From Wolbachia endosymbiont of Drosophila innubila (lineage in GTDB: Bacteria; Pseudomonadota; Alphaproteobacteria; Rickettsiales; Anaplasmataceae), in contig NZ_CP076228.1 in assembly GCF_021378375.1 (NCBI RefSeq), forward strand, positions 1,140,001 to 1,172,000: a stretch of 32,000 nucleotides of DNA. Direction: 5' to 3'. Positions within the stretch are counted from its first letter, which is position 1, and each line of letters opens with the position of its first letter. Both the position numbers and the translations under genes were made by a program. This document shows positions 21,493 to 30,402 of the stretch, in pieces. The notes beneath the pieces were generated by a model that saw only the letters and a program-made list of their open reading frames with translations, was not told where the DNA came from and ran no database searches.

Positions 21493-22440
21493 TTAAGGGA
21501 GATTTATGCACAAATCGGCTAAGCATTTTATAAACAAGGGATCGGTACTGAGAGTTGGCACACGAAAGTAATATCCATCCTTGATAATTGCTTTATATTC
21601 TATATCAAGTTCAACTAGAGTTTCTGAATGCTCAGAAACAAAAGATATAGGTGATAGAACTACAGGTACACCATCAGCTTTTGCGCGTAATAGCTCACTT
21701 TCAGTGCTTGGCTCTAGCCATTTTACAGGACCAATCTTACTCTGATAACATATTGACCAATCTAAGTTATTGATAGCTAACTTTTCTACTATTAACTCTA
21801 CGCTTCTTTCTACCTGTGAAGCGTAAGGGTCGCCCTTTTTAATGATACTAAGAGGTAAGCTATGGGCTGAAAATAGGACTCTTGGTTTACCGATTTTTCT
21901 AGCCAATTTATAGTACTTAGCTATCAGATTAGTGTGAGCTTCAATAAAATCTTGGTTATCATAATAACGGTGAATCATTTTTGTATTGCATTTTAGGCCA
22001 TACCGTTTAGCATTTTTTTGCCAATTCTCGATGGATGACAGAGTTGTGGTAGTTGAATATTGTGGATACAGTGGCAGCAGAATTACTTCGTCAGGATCAA
22101 ACTGTTTTACACTTTCAATAACTTCGTCAGCAAATGGACGCCAATAGCGCATGCAGATGAATACCTTGTGTACATGGTTTCTATTTTCGTTTAATTTTAG
22201 TTCTGAAGCATTAGCTTGCATTTTTGTATTCTCTAGAATTGGCGATTTACCTCCAATTTCCTCGTATATTTTTCGTGCAGTATTTTCTCGTTTCGCAGAT
22301 ATAAACTTTGCTAAAAGAAACCGAAAGGGATTCGGTAGATTGATTATTCTCCTGTCATAAAAAAGGTTGAATAAAAAAGGACGGACCGCATTTAGTGAAT
22401 CAGGCCCGCCAAGATTAAATAAGATAACTGCCTTTTTCAC
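21493..22440 (-). CDS. hemH: Ferrochelatase
   Basis: [68 protein letters not shown]. Confidence 0.95.
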   Translation of the reverse strand: MKKAVILFNLGGPDSLNAVRPFLFNLFYDRRIINLPNPFRFLLAKFISAKRENTARKIYEEIGGKSPILENTKMQANASELKLNENRNHVHKVFICMRYWRPFADEVIESVKQFDPDEVILLPLYPQYSTTTTLSSIENWQKNAKRYGLKCNTKMIHRYYDNQDFIEAHTNLIAKYYKLARKIGKPRVLFSAHSLPLSIIKKGDPYASQVERSVELIVEKLAINNLDWSICYQSKIGPVKWLEPSTESELLRAKADGVPVVLSPISFVSEHSETLVELDIEYKAIIKDGYYFRVPTLSTDPLFIKCLADLCINLP

Positions 22441-23262
22441 CTACGCACTACTACAACAAGTTACTTCTGGGGTGCCTATAAAATTAGCTACACACTCATC
22501 AAATTTAGTTATAGGCACTAAATTTCTTACACTGGCATACAATAAGTGGCCTGATCTCTTCAGGTTACTCTTGGTGGATGTGAAGTTCCAATCGAAAAAT
22601 GTATCGACAAAAAGACTTGGTACCGTTTCAAGAAGTTCAACAGCAGCTAAAGATAGCATTATACAACTTTGCAGGACATTCAGAAGAACCTTGAGGGGAA
22701 AAAGTAAAACTTTAACGAAAAGAGAGGTGCTACTTGTTTCATCCAGTAGTCGCCCTGAGTTAGGCGAATTATACTCGGTGTGTTTTCTATTTTGATCAAA
22801 GATAGGAAATTTTATAGTATCTTTCTTAAATTCCGCGTCTATTTCTTTTCTACTATGGTTAGTGATTTTTTCCATTAACTTCTCACGCAGATGAAAAGTT
22901 CTGACAATAAAACATGTGGCAATCATTAAGGAAGCACATAAAAGTGCGCATTGCATGAGGCTCATACTGCCTAGCATAGCTGGCAGTGCAAAACAAACAA
23001 GCGGTGCTATGATTGTCATTTCAAGAAATGGAATAGTGTTTCTTTTCATTGCAAAGGCAGCACCTTCTTTTAATTTTGTATTATGATGTGAACTATATTC
23101 CAAATAACTTAAAAATGCCAGACTAAAAGTCAAAAACCCTTTTGTTCCACAAAAAAGTGATGACTTAAAGTTACTTACTAATTTTTTAGTAGTAGATTTA
23201 GCTTGTTTTTTAGTGGTAGGCTCAGCTTGTTTAGTAGTGTTATTTTTACAACATTCACCCAT
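22441..23262 (-). CDS. Hypothetical membrane protein
   Basis: 273 aa ORF, hydrophobic segments, Cys-containing termini (MGECCKNN...; ...EVTCCSSA); TAG stop abuts the hemH GTG. Confidence 0.6.
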   Translation of the reverse strand: MGECCKNNTTKQAEPTTKKQAKSTTKKLVSNFKSSLFCGTKGFLTFSLAFLSYLEYSSHHNTKLKEGAAFAMKRNTIPFLEMTIIAPLVCFALPAMLGSMSLMQCALLCASLMIATCFIVRTFHLREKLMEKITNHSRKEIDAEFKKDTIKFPIFDQNRKHTEYNSPNSGRLLDETSSTSLFVKVLLFPLKVLLNVLQSCIMLSLAAVELLETVPSLFVDTFFDWNFTSTKSNLKRSGHLLYASVRNLVPITKFDECVANFIGTPEVTCCSSA

Positions 23263-23375
23263 ACAATACCTCCTTGATGGTTTATTCTTAACTATAAATA
23301 AAAAACTGCTTTTATCAAATCAAAATTTACAATAAAATAAATCTATAAATATACTATTTTATATAAGGAAATAAT

Positions 23376-23795
23376 ATGGCAATTGAGAGAACACTTTCGA
23401 TATTAAAACCTGATGCAGTAAAAAATAATATTACAGGCAATATAAATTCCTACATCGAACAATCTGGGCTGAAAATCACAGCACAAAAAATGATGTTACT
23501 AACAAAAAAACAAGCAGAGCTGTTTTATGAAATTCATAAAGATAGGCCTTTTTTTGGGGAATTAGTAGAGTTTATGACCTCTGGTTCTGTGGTAGTTCAA
23601 GTTTTAGTTGGTGAAAATGCAGTAAGTAAATACAGACAAATCATGGGAGCTACCGATCCAAAGCAGGCAGATAAAGGCACAATCAGGGGTGATTTTGCTG
23701 ATGATATTAGTGAAAATAGAGTTCACGGCTCAGATAGTCTAGAAAATGCTCGTAAGGAGATAGCTTTCTTTTTTGCTGAATGTGAGTTGGTGTAG
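23376..23795 (+). CDS. ndk: Nucleoside diphosphate kinase
   Basis: [59 protein letters not shown]. Confidence 0.97.
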   Translation: MAIERTLSILKPDAVKNNITGNINSYIEQSGLKITAQKMMLLTKKQAELFYEIHKDRPFFGELVEFMTSGSVVVQVLVGENAVSKYRQIMGATDPKQADKGTIRGDFADDISENRVHGSDSLENARKEIAFFFAECELV

Positions 23796-24031
23796 TCAAC
23801 TCAGATTGGCGTCATCCAAGTAGCTGACAACATAGAAACGAAAAAACTTCCTTGACAAACCTCGCCAGCCCTCTTATCATGAGACTGAAGCTATTGTATT
23901 TGCTTTCGCCAATCTGCAGATTAAAAGGTAAGGATTACTTAATGTATCGGCGTCTTATGTTCAATTTTTTGCAGTATATAGATACTGTATGTCTTTACAA
24001 AACTTCATCTACATCTAGATTTTTATCTAAA

Positions 24032-24325
24032 TAAGCTGAACGCGCTTATAAAGCGTTACAAGACATCAAAAAATGCCAATACTCGACAGAGATAGTAAAA
24101 GACTAGCTAACTCGGGGATTCTTTGTCTTTTTTTCTGCTTAGTAAATTTCTTAAACATTTGCAGCGTAAGTTAGTTGCAATTAAAAGCGGCTGAATCTCG
24201 CTTGTCAAGCGTTTAAAACATAAAAAACGCCAATATTTTAAAGCGGATAATAACCCCAGGGCTTCTTTTGCCTTTTTTTTCATTTGGTAAATTTCTTAAT
24301 ATTTATAGCTAAAGTAATTTAAAAG
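24032..24325. repeat. Diverged tandem duplication (~156-bp period)
   Basis: gctgaacgcgcttataaagcg...caaaaaatgccaatac...tttttttctgcttagtaaatttctta vs gctgaatctcgcttgtcaagcg...taaaaaacgccaatat...ttttttttcatttggtaaatttctta. Confidence 0.7.
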
Positions 24326-24333
24326 TCCGTGAA

Positions 24334-24510
24334 GGGTGTCATGCCAGTGCTTGACACTGGCATCCAGTTTTCCATATAATCTCATCAAAAATGTTTATTT
24401 TCTAGCTACTTTTATACTTATCAATCCAGTATGCTTACTTACAATTAAAATTTCTGGATCCCAGTGTCTGGGCACTGGGATGACAGCTAGCCTGACAACC
24501 GTCATCCCGC
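24334..24510. repeat. Composite repeat: palindrome - AT-rich spacer - palindrome
   Basis: gggtgtcatgccagtgcttgacactggcatccagttttccatataatctcatcaaaaatgtttatttt...ttacaattaaaatttctggatcccagtgtctgggcactgggatgacag; homologous to the priA insert. Confidence 0.85.
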
Positions 24511-24637
24511 TACGTGTTAGCGGCTAAGAGATACCGCGAATGAATCGCGGTATGACGGTTCGCGGCAGTATGACGTAGAGCTCACGTTAGCTATACTTTT
24601 ATGCTTACAAACTTAATAAAATTCCTGGATCCCAGTG

Positions 24638-24964
24638 GGCTTTGTTGCATCGCTACTTATGAAAGGCTAACTATAATTAGGATTATAAGCAACTTATTGA
24701 AAATCTTGTTTTTTTTGCAATCAATCTGATCAAATTTAAGAATAGTAACTTGTTATTTATATTAATAAATTTAATTCTATTGAAAATAGCTAAAGCATTG
24801 AAATTCTTGAATTTTAGCCGAATTAGTGAGTGGTAGTGAAATTTCTTTTACTCAAAATTAGGTATTCACTGACCGTTCTTGTTATAAATACCAGAATAAT
24901 AAGCTACTGATATTCTCCACCTTTTTTATCTTTAATCCATCATAGCTAGCGATGCAACAAAGCC
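24638..24964. mobile_element. MITE-like or internally deleted insertion sequence (IS5 family/IS903-like ends)
   Basis: 17-bp perfect TIRs ggctttgttgcatcgct / agcgatgcaacaaagcc; 9-bp direct repeat atcccagtg at 24629-24637 and 24965-24973; no transposase ORF inside. Confidence 0.88.
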
Positions 24965-25228
24965 ATCCCAGTGTCTGGGCACTGGGATGACAAAAAAGGA
25001 GGCACTAGGATGACAAAGGAGAGCTACTCGGATGATACCTTTTTTCTACTTAGTTTGGATTATGCAAGAAGTCTATTATAATCAGGCTTTAAGTGTGCGG
25101 AAGTAATTTTTTGCGTTAGAGTAAAAAATTTTTTCTATAGCTAATCAAAGTGGGATCAAGAGAAACTTACCACTTTCTTTACAAAGGGTTTGATGTTACC
25201 ATTTGACTGCCTATTCTGAATTTATTGA

Positions 25229-25822
25229 ATGAACGTTAACATAAAGAATCTAGTTCATGCTTTCTCTAAATTGCCAAGTTTAGGGCCATCATCATCACGC
25301 AGGTTAGTTATACATTTACTCCAAAACAAAGAAAAAGTTATGCTACCACTTGCATCTTTGATTAAAGAGCTAGCAGATCTTATAATAGAGTGTGAAGTTT
25401 GCGGAAATCTAGATACTAAGTCACCTTGTTCTATTTGTACTAACCCAAAACGTGACACTAAGTTACTGTGTGTAGTAGAAGAATTAGGTGATCTATGGGC
25501 GTTTGAAAAAGGAAATATATATTCAGGTTTATACCATGTTTTGGGTGGCAGATTGTCTGCAATAAATGGCATAGGTCCAAAAGAACTCAACCTTGACACT
25601 ATTCTGAAAAGAGTGACAGAGTCTAAAATTGAAGAGATAATTATCGCAATTAATCCGACATTAGAGGGCCAAGTTACTGCACAATATATAATTGAATTGC
25701 TAAAAAATTTGGATGTGAAAATATCACGCCTTGCTTGCGGCATACCAATGGGCGGAGAAATTGACTATCTTGATGAAGGAACGCTGAGGATAGCACTTAC
25801 TTCAAGACAAGAATATGAGTAA
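25229..25822 (+). CDS. recR: Recombination protein RecR
   Basis: [18 protein letters not shown], zinc finger [16 protein letters not shown], Toprim [30 protein letters not shown]. Confidence 0.95.
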
Positions 25823-25837
25823 AATATAAAATAAGAC

Positions 25838-27058
25838 ATGTGCTTAAAAAAACTTATATCGCTAATAACATTCAAAAAGAAAAAAATAGTGCCACCACTT
25901 AAAGTGGTGGCTTGGGAAAATAACCACCTAAACTATAAGCAATTTTCAGGTAAATTCAACACTATAATTAAAACAATTGATCAGTCTTTTACAATAATAT
26001 CTTTGGAAGGATATGATGGATGGGGCAAGACGTTTTTTTTGAAAGAATGGGTAAAAGAGTTAAAACAGCAAAATGAAATTGCAGCTTATTATAGTGCATG
26101 GGATATCAATGCATTGGACCAACCACTGCCTTCTTTTTTAAATTTCCTATTTGAAGATTTATTTGTATCGTATAAAGTAAAAAGAAGTGTTATACAACAG
26201 TTCAAGAACATAAACCAAGAGCTATTTTCTCTAAACACACTAGGAAAGCTGATCAGTAAATCTCCACTTGCTATGCTTTCAGTATTTCTTGATGCTGCAA
26301 AAGAGGCTGATAAAAAAGACATAGGTTTTGTCTTGAGTGAATTAAGTCTTCTCCAAAGAAGAAAAGAGAGTACTAGAGATTTTAAAACACAGTTAGCGGA
26401 TGTGGTTAATAAAATCAGAAAAGACAAAAACATTTATATAATGGTGGATAATCTTGATGTGTGCCGTCCTAAATTCGTTGTCGATTTTTTGGAATCTATA
26501 AAGTATATGCTTGATGTGGAGGGGCTGGTTTTCATTATTTCTGTAAGTAAAGATAAGAGTAATGTACAAAGAGCAATCAGCACAATACTTGGACCAAATT
26601 TTGACCTAAAATCTTTTACTGATCTCTCTTTACATTTGCCAAAACAACCGATAGAAAAATTTACAAAAGAACTATTTGAAAATATTAAATTACCGAAAAA
26701 GTCAAAAAATTTGATTGTAGATAGTTTTATATTTTATGCAGAAAGCCTGTCACTATCGTTAAAAACAATAGAATACTGCGTAAAAAAAATAAAGCTGTGT
26801 CTTCTGAATCACACAAGAGAAGAATTACCTGATCCGAATTTGTTTTCATTTTTGGTAATACTGCAATCGATAAATATTGATATATATGAGGAATTAGGTT
26901 TTTCATATCAAAGAGCATTGGAAAAAATTGAAAATGAATATAAATCTTTAGTTCTAAATGGTCAAGAAGAATGGGAAAAACTTAAAACCTCTCTAGAAAC
27001 TGCTTTTGCAGAGAGGGAGTCAAAAATTAACAAAGCTATAAAGGATATACTATTTTGA
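25838..27058 (+). CDS. KAP family-like P-loop NTPase
   Basis: Walker A LEGYDGWGKTFFLKEWV; Walker B-like NIYIMVDNLDVCRPKFVVDFLESIKYMLDVEGLVFIISVSKD. Confidence 0.8.
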   Translation: MCLKKLISLITFKKKKIVPPLKVVAWENNHLNYKQFSGKFNTIIKTIDQSFTIISLEGYDGWGKTFFLKEWVKELKQQNEIAAYYSAWDINALDQPLPSFLNFLFEDLFVSYKVKRSVIQQFKNINQELFSLNTLGKLISKSPLAMLSVFLDAAKEADKKDIGFVLSELSLLQRRKESTRDFKTQLADVVNKIRKDKNIYIMVDNLDVCRPKFVVDFLESIKYMLDVEGLVFIISVSKDKSNVQRAISTILGPNFDLKSFTDLSLHLPKQPIEKFTKELFENIKLPKKSKNLIVDSFIFYAESLSLSLKTIEYCVKKIKLCLLNHTREELPDPNLFSFLVILQSINIDIYEELGFSYQRALEKIENEYKSLVLNGQEEWEKLKTSLETAFAERESKINKAIKDILF

Positions 27059-27063
27059 AAAGA

Positions 27064-27095
27064 TACCCTACCTTTACATATACAAAGATAGGGTA
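27064..27095. terminator. Possible bidirectional terminator hairpin between convergent genes
   Basis: taccctacctt-tacatataca-aagatagggta: 11-bp stem with one mismatch, exactly between converging stops. Confidence 0.5.
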
Positions 27096-27103
27096 ACATT
27101 TGA

Positions 27104-27928
27104 TTAACGCCCTTTTACTATGTCATTACCTTGTTCAAACTTTCTGATTAATTCGCTTACATTGACATTAGATAATTTTTTACCTGCAGATTTGTCATTA
27201 TGTGAAGCATCAGGTTTACGAAGGTCTTCCTTACTGTTACTCCTAGTAATATTACATCTAACAATGTTTGAATTATTAGACTTATCGCTTACATCTGAAA
27301 TATTGCTTTTTTCACTACATGAAGACGAATTACTCGACATATTGCCTAAGCTAAAGAGCTTTTTACCTTGATAGATTGGATTCCAATCAAGTGGATTATA
27401 AGTTTTTTTGCTAGTCTCAACCTTTTGGTTATTTTGCTGTTTAGGAGAAAAACCAAGTTTTTCTCTTTCTTTCTTGCTTAGCGTTTTGAGAAATTTTACG
27501 GTTTCTAATTCATCAGTTGCTTGTACTTTATGTAAATCAAAGCTTTTTTGATGGTTATCCTGCTTAACATTTTCCATCATTTTATCTTTTATTGTTCTAT
27601 CCTCATCATCAGAAGTGCTGCTACTAATATCACTGATACCACTATCCCCTGAATTGCGGCGTTGTTTGTTAGGAGTGCTATGAATGTTGTCTTCCATGAG
27701 TTTTTGCATTGTTGGGCCAAATGTTCTTCCAAGATTGCTACTCACTGTTTTATTACTATCATTTGCTTGAGAATGAGGTACATTTCGCTCAAAAATTGCT
27801 TTTATTCCAGCAAATTTAGCTTGGGAAGATTTCGGAGGAACAGGTGGGGCAACCATGCCTTTTGAGTTAATCTTTCCTTCATTTTGAGGAAAAATTTTTG
27901 GATTATTTTTTTCTACTGTAGTATTCAT
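27104..27928 (-). CDS. Hypothetical low-complexity, probably disordered protein
   Basis: 274-aa ORF, Ser/Asn/Lys-rich; APPVPPKSS near N-terminus. Confidence 0.65.
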   Translation of the reverse strand: MNTTVEKNNPKIFPQNEGKINSKGMVAPPVPPKSSQAKFAGIKAIFERNVPHSQANDSNKTVSSNLGRTFGPTMQKLMEDNIHSTPNKQRRNSGDSGISDISSSTSDDEDRTIKDKMMENVKQDNHQKSFDLHKVQATDELETVKFLKTLSKKEREKLGFSPKQQNNQKVETSKKTYNPLDWNPIYQGKKLFSLGNMSSNSSSCSEKSNISDVSDKSNNSNIVRCNITRSNSKEDLRKPDASHNDKSAGKKLSNVNVSELIRKFEQGNDIVKGR

Positions 27929-27997
27929 TTTTTTACCTCTAAACCTATTAACTAATAAAAGTATAAACTTAGAGGTATTAATTTTGTAATAACAATG

Positions 27998-29389
27998 CTA
28001 ATAGATTACCGCAGTTTCAATAAGCATCACCAGAGGATTCTCTATATAATGCTTAAAGGCATTTAAAAACTTTGCTCCGAGTGCCCCATCAACTGCTCTA
28101 TGGTCAACAGAGAGCGTTACTGTCATTATTTCTGCTATTTCTATTTTCTCATTCATAACAATTGGTTGTTTTTTAGATGCACCAACTGCCATAATGCAAG
28201 ATTGCGGCGGATTGATTATAGCACTGAAGGCTTTTATACCAAACATCCCTAAGTTGGAGATAGTAAACCCTCCTCCTTGAAACTCTTCAGGTTTCAATTT
28301 TCCAGATCTTGCTCTGCTTACTAAATCTTTCACTTCTTTTGATATAGATAAAATACCCTTTTTATCAGCATTTTTTACTATAGGAGTAATTAGCCCATCT
28401 TCAAGTGCCACAGCGATTGAAATATCTATATTTGAATATCTCAGTATTTTATTATCTATCCACGAAGAATTTATATCAGGAAATTTTTTCATGCTGAAAG
28501 CTGCAGCTTTTATGATTAGATCATTAATTGTTACTTTATTGTTTTCATCTGCTGAGTTAATCTCGTTTTTTAACGATATTAACTTATCAACCTGGCAGTC
28601 TACAGTTAAATAAAAATGTGGAACATTCTGTTTTGATTCAGTCAGGCGCTGTGCTATCACTTGGCGCATGTTGCTTACTTCAACTATGGTATCTTTCTCA
28701 GGACTTTCAGTATGTATACCACTGCCTAAAAACTCCAACACATCAGCCTTAATTATGCGACCATATGGTCCTGTACCTTTTAATTGCTGCACATTAACCC
28801 CTTCATTTTGAGCTATTTTCTTAGCTAATGGGCTTATTTTTGTTCTACCTTCTGCATAACCCTCTGTCATCTGAGTAGCTGACACTGGGATCCATTCTTC
28901 TTTTCTAGATCCCAGTGTCAAGCACTGGGATGACATTGAGGGGTTGGATTCCAGCGTCACGCGCTGGAATGACACCGAAGAATGACTTATTGGCTTTCCG
29001 TTTAAATCTTGGTGTTCTGATTTTTGATTATCAATAGCACTTTTTGTCACTTCCTTTTTAACTGCACTATTGATGGAAGTTGAAGTATAGTTGTTAAGTG
29101 CACTTTCATCTTCTCCTTCTTCCAGCATTAAAGCTATTGGTTGATTTACAGGCACGCCACTTGTTCCTTCTGTTACTAAAATTTTTGCTAAAACTCCTTC
29201 ATCTATAGATTCAAACTCCATTATGGCTTTATCAGTCTCTATCTCAGCAATTACGTCGCCTACTTCAACTTTGTCTTGTTCTTTTTTATGCCACTTTATA
29301 ATTTTTCCTCCAGCTTTGCTCATTGTTGGTGAAAGAGCAGGCATTAATATTTCTATAGGCATTGATTTTGCATTTAAAGATCTATTCAA
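27998..29389 (-). CDS. pdhC: Pyruvate dehydrogenase E2 (dihydrolipoamide acetyltransferase) with in-frame repeat insertion
   Basis: Lipoyl domain IAEIETDKAIMEFES; PSBD TKISPLAKKIAQNEGVNVQQLKGTGPYGRIIKADV; catalytic VTLSVDHRAVDGALGAKFL. Confidence 0.94.
   Translation of the reverse strand: MNRSLNAKSMPIEILMPALSPTMSKAGGKIIKWHKKEQDKVEVGDVIAEIETDKAIMEFESIDEGVLAKILVTEGTSGVPVNQPIALMLEEGEDESALNNYTSTSINSAVKKEVTKSAIDNQKSEHQDLNGKPISHSSVSFQRVTLESNPSMSSQCLTLGSRKEEWIPVSATQMTEGYAEGRTKISPLAKKIAQNEGVNVQQLKGTGPYGRIIKADVLEFLGSGIHTESPEKDTIVEVSNMRQVIAQRLTESKQNVPHFYLTVDCQVDKLISLKNEINSADENNKVTINDLIIKAAAFSMKKFPDINSSWIDNKILRYSNIDISIAVALEDGLITPIVKNADKKGILSISKEVKDLVSRARSGKLKPEEFQGGGFTISNLGMFGIKAFSAIINPPQSCIMAVGASKKQPIVMNEKIEIAEIMTVTLSVDHRAVDGALGAKFLNAFKHYIENPLVMLIETAVIY
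28866..28980. repeat. Palindromic repeats inserted in the pdhC ORF
   Basis: gatcccagtgtcaagcactgggatgacattgaggggttggattccagcgtcacgcgctggaatgacacc plus flanking tagctgacactgggatcc. Confidence 0.87.
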
Positions 29390-29432
29390 TTTTTAATTTA
29401 CTCTTTATCTTATGTCAACCTAATCGTGAATT

Positions 29433-29924
29433 ATGATGAATAAGTCTGTTACACTATCCCTCACGTTATCCCAGTGCGTGACACTGGGATCTTGGTTCAG
29501 TACTATTATCCTATTGTTTTTATTATTTAGCCATAGCTTGTTTGCTAACAACTTTGTTTCAACCAAATCAAATAAGATCAACATGAGAACGGGGCCAGGG
29601 TTTCACTATCCTGTAAAATGGATATACACTTGCAAAAATCTGCCCCTGAAAGTGATAGAAGAGTTTGAGAGTTGGAAAAAGGTCTGCGATATAGATGAAG
29701 ACTGCGGATGGATAAAAGGCAATCTTCTTAGTGATAAGCGCTACGCGATTGTAAAAGAAGATACTTATGGATATCAAAAACAGAGTGTAGACAGCAAGAT
29801 TACTATGAAAATAGACAAGTTTGTTGTGATGAAGATAGAAAAATGCAACGAAGAATGGTGCTTTCTTTCCACCCCAAAACGCAAAGCATGGGTACAAAAA
29901 AAACATATATATGGGGTTGATTAG
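29433..29924 (+). CDS. Secreted bacterial SH3-domain-like protein; signal peptide region contains repeat sequence
   Basis: KINMRTGPGFHYPVKWIYTCKNLPLKVIEEFESWKKVCDIDEDCGWIKGNLLS; N-terminal hydrophobic segment. Confidence 0.75.
   Translation: MMNKSVTLSLTLSQCVTLGSWFSTIILLFLLFSHSLFANNFVSTKSNKINMRTGPGFHYPVKWIYTCKNLPLKVIEEFESWKKVCDIDEDCGWIKGNLLSDKRYAIVKEDTYGYQKQSVDSKITMKIDKFVVMKIEKCNEEWCFLSTPKRKAWVQKKHIYGVD
29466..29492. repeat. Short palindromic repeat at 5' end of SH3-like ORF
   Basis: tatcccagtgcgtgacactgggatctt. Confidence 0.75.
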
Positions 29925-30402
29925 GTTGACAAAAGATCTGAATTAACACTAGTTTCTGGGCCTTCTGTAGCATGCTCTTCAGATGAAGCAGAGGGTTCTT
30001 GAGGCTCTGGAGACTGTACAGGGCTATCACAGAAACTCCTTAACATCTCCTCAGCGGATGAATCTAAAATTTGTACAATAGACTTTTCACTCTGCTCTTT
30101 TAGCGATTGATCCACTCTAGAAATCAACTCAGAAAACTCGCTACCTGATTTTTCAGCTTCACTTTTTATTTTACTTTCTATGCTTGCAATATTACCTTGG
30201 TCAATTTCTTCTTTTGTTATGTTGAATGACTTTGCAACATCTTGATATCCAATCTTGCAATTTCCACAACCAATTATGCAAAAAGTAATAGAATCAGATA
30301 TTTCGCTTGCAGCCCAATTATGTATAGTGTAAGCCAAATAATTGTCATAGTATTTAATGCTAAATTGTTGTTCTATTAACTCAGAAATTTTATTCTTTAG
30401 AG
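29921..30402 (-). pseudogene. 3' exon/fragment of a hypothetical gene interrupted by the group II intron (track ORF 29921..30337)
   Basis: Frame stays open from the intron boundary (30402) through LKNKISELIEQQFSIKYYDNYLAYTIHNWAASEISDSITF... to the stop; 5' part would lie beyond the window. Confidence 0.6.

Noticed and set aside
24336-24527. Small plus-strand ORF
   Set aside because: Lies within the composite repeat; useful only as evidence for the repeat-derived peptide in PriA.
27120-27865. Plus-strand ORFs 27120..27371 and 27662..27865
   Set aside because: Antisense to the Ser-rich hypothetical; no start context or homology features.
1842-29495. Repeated dyad-symmetric sequences considered as a CRISPR array
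   Set aside because: Copies are dispersed, degenerate, in both orientations and partly inside genes; no regular spacers and no cas genes.
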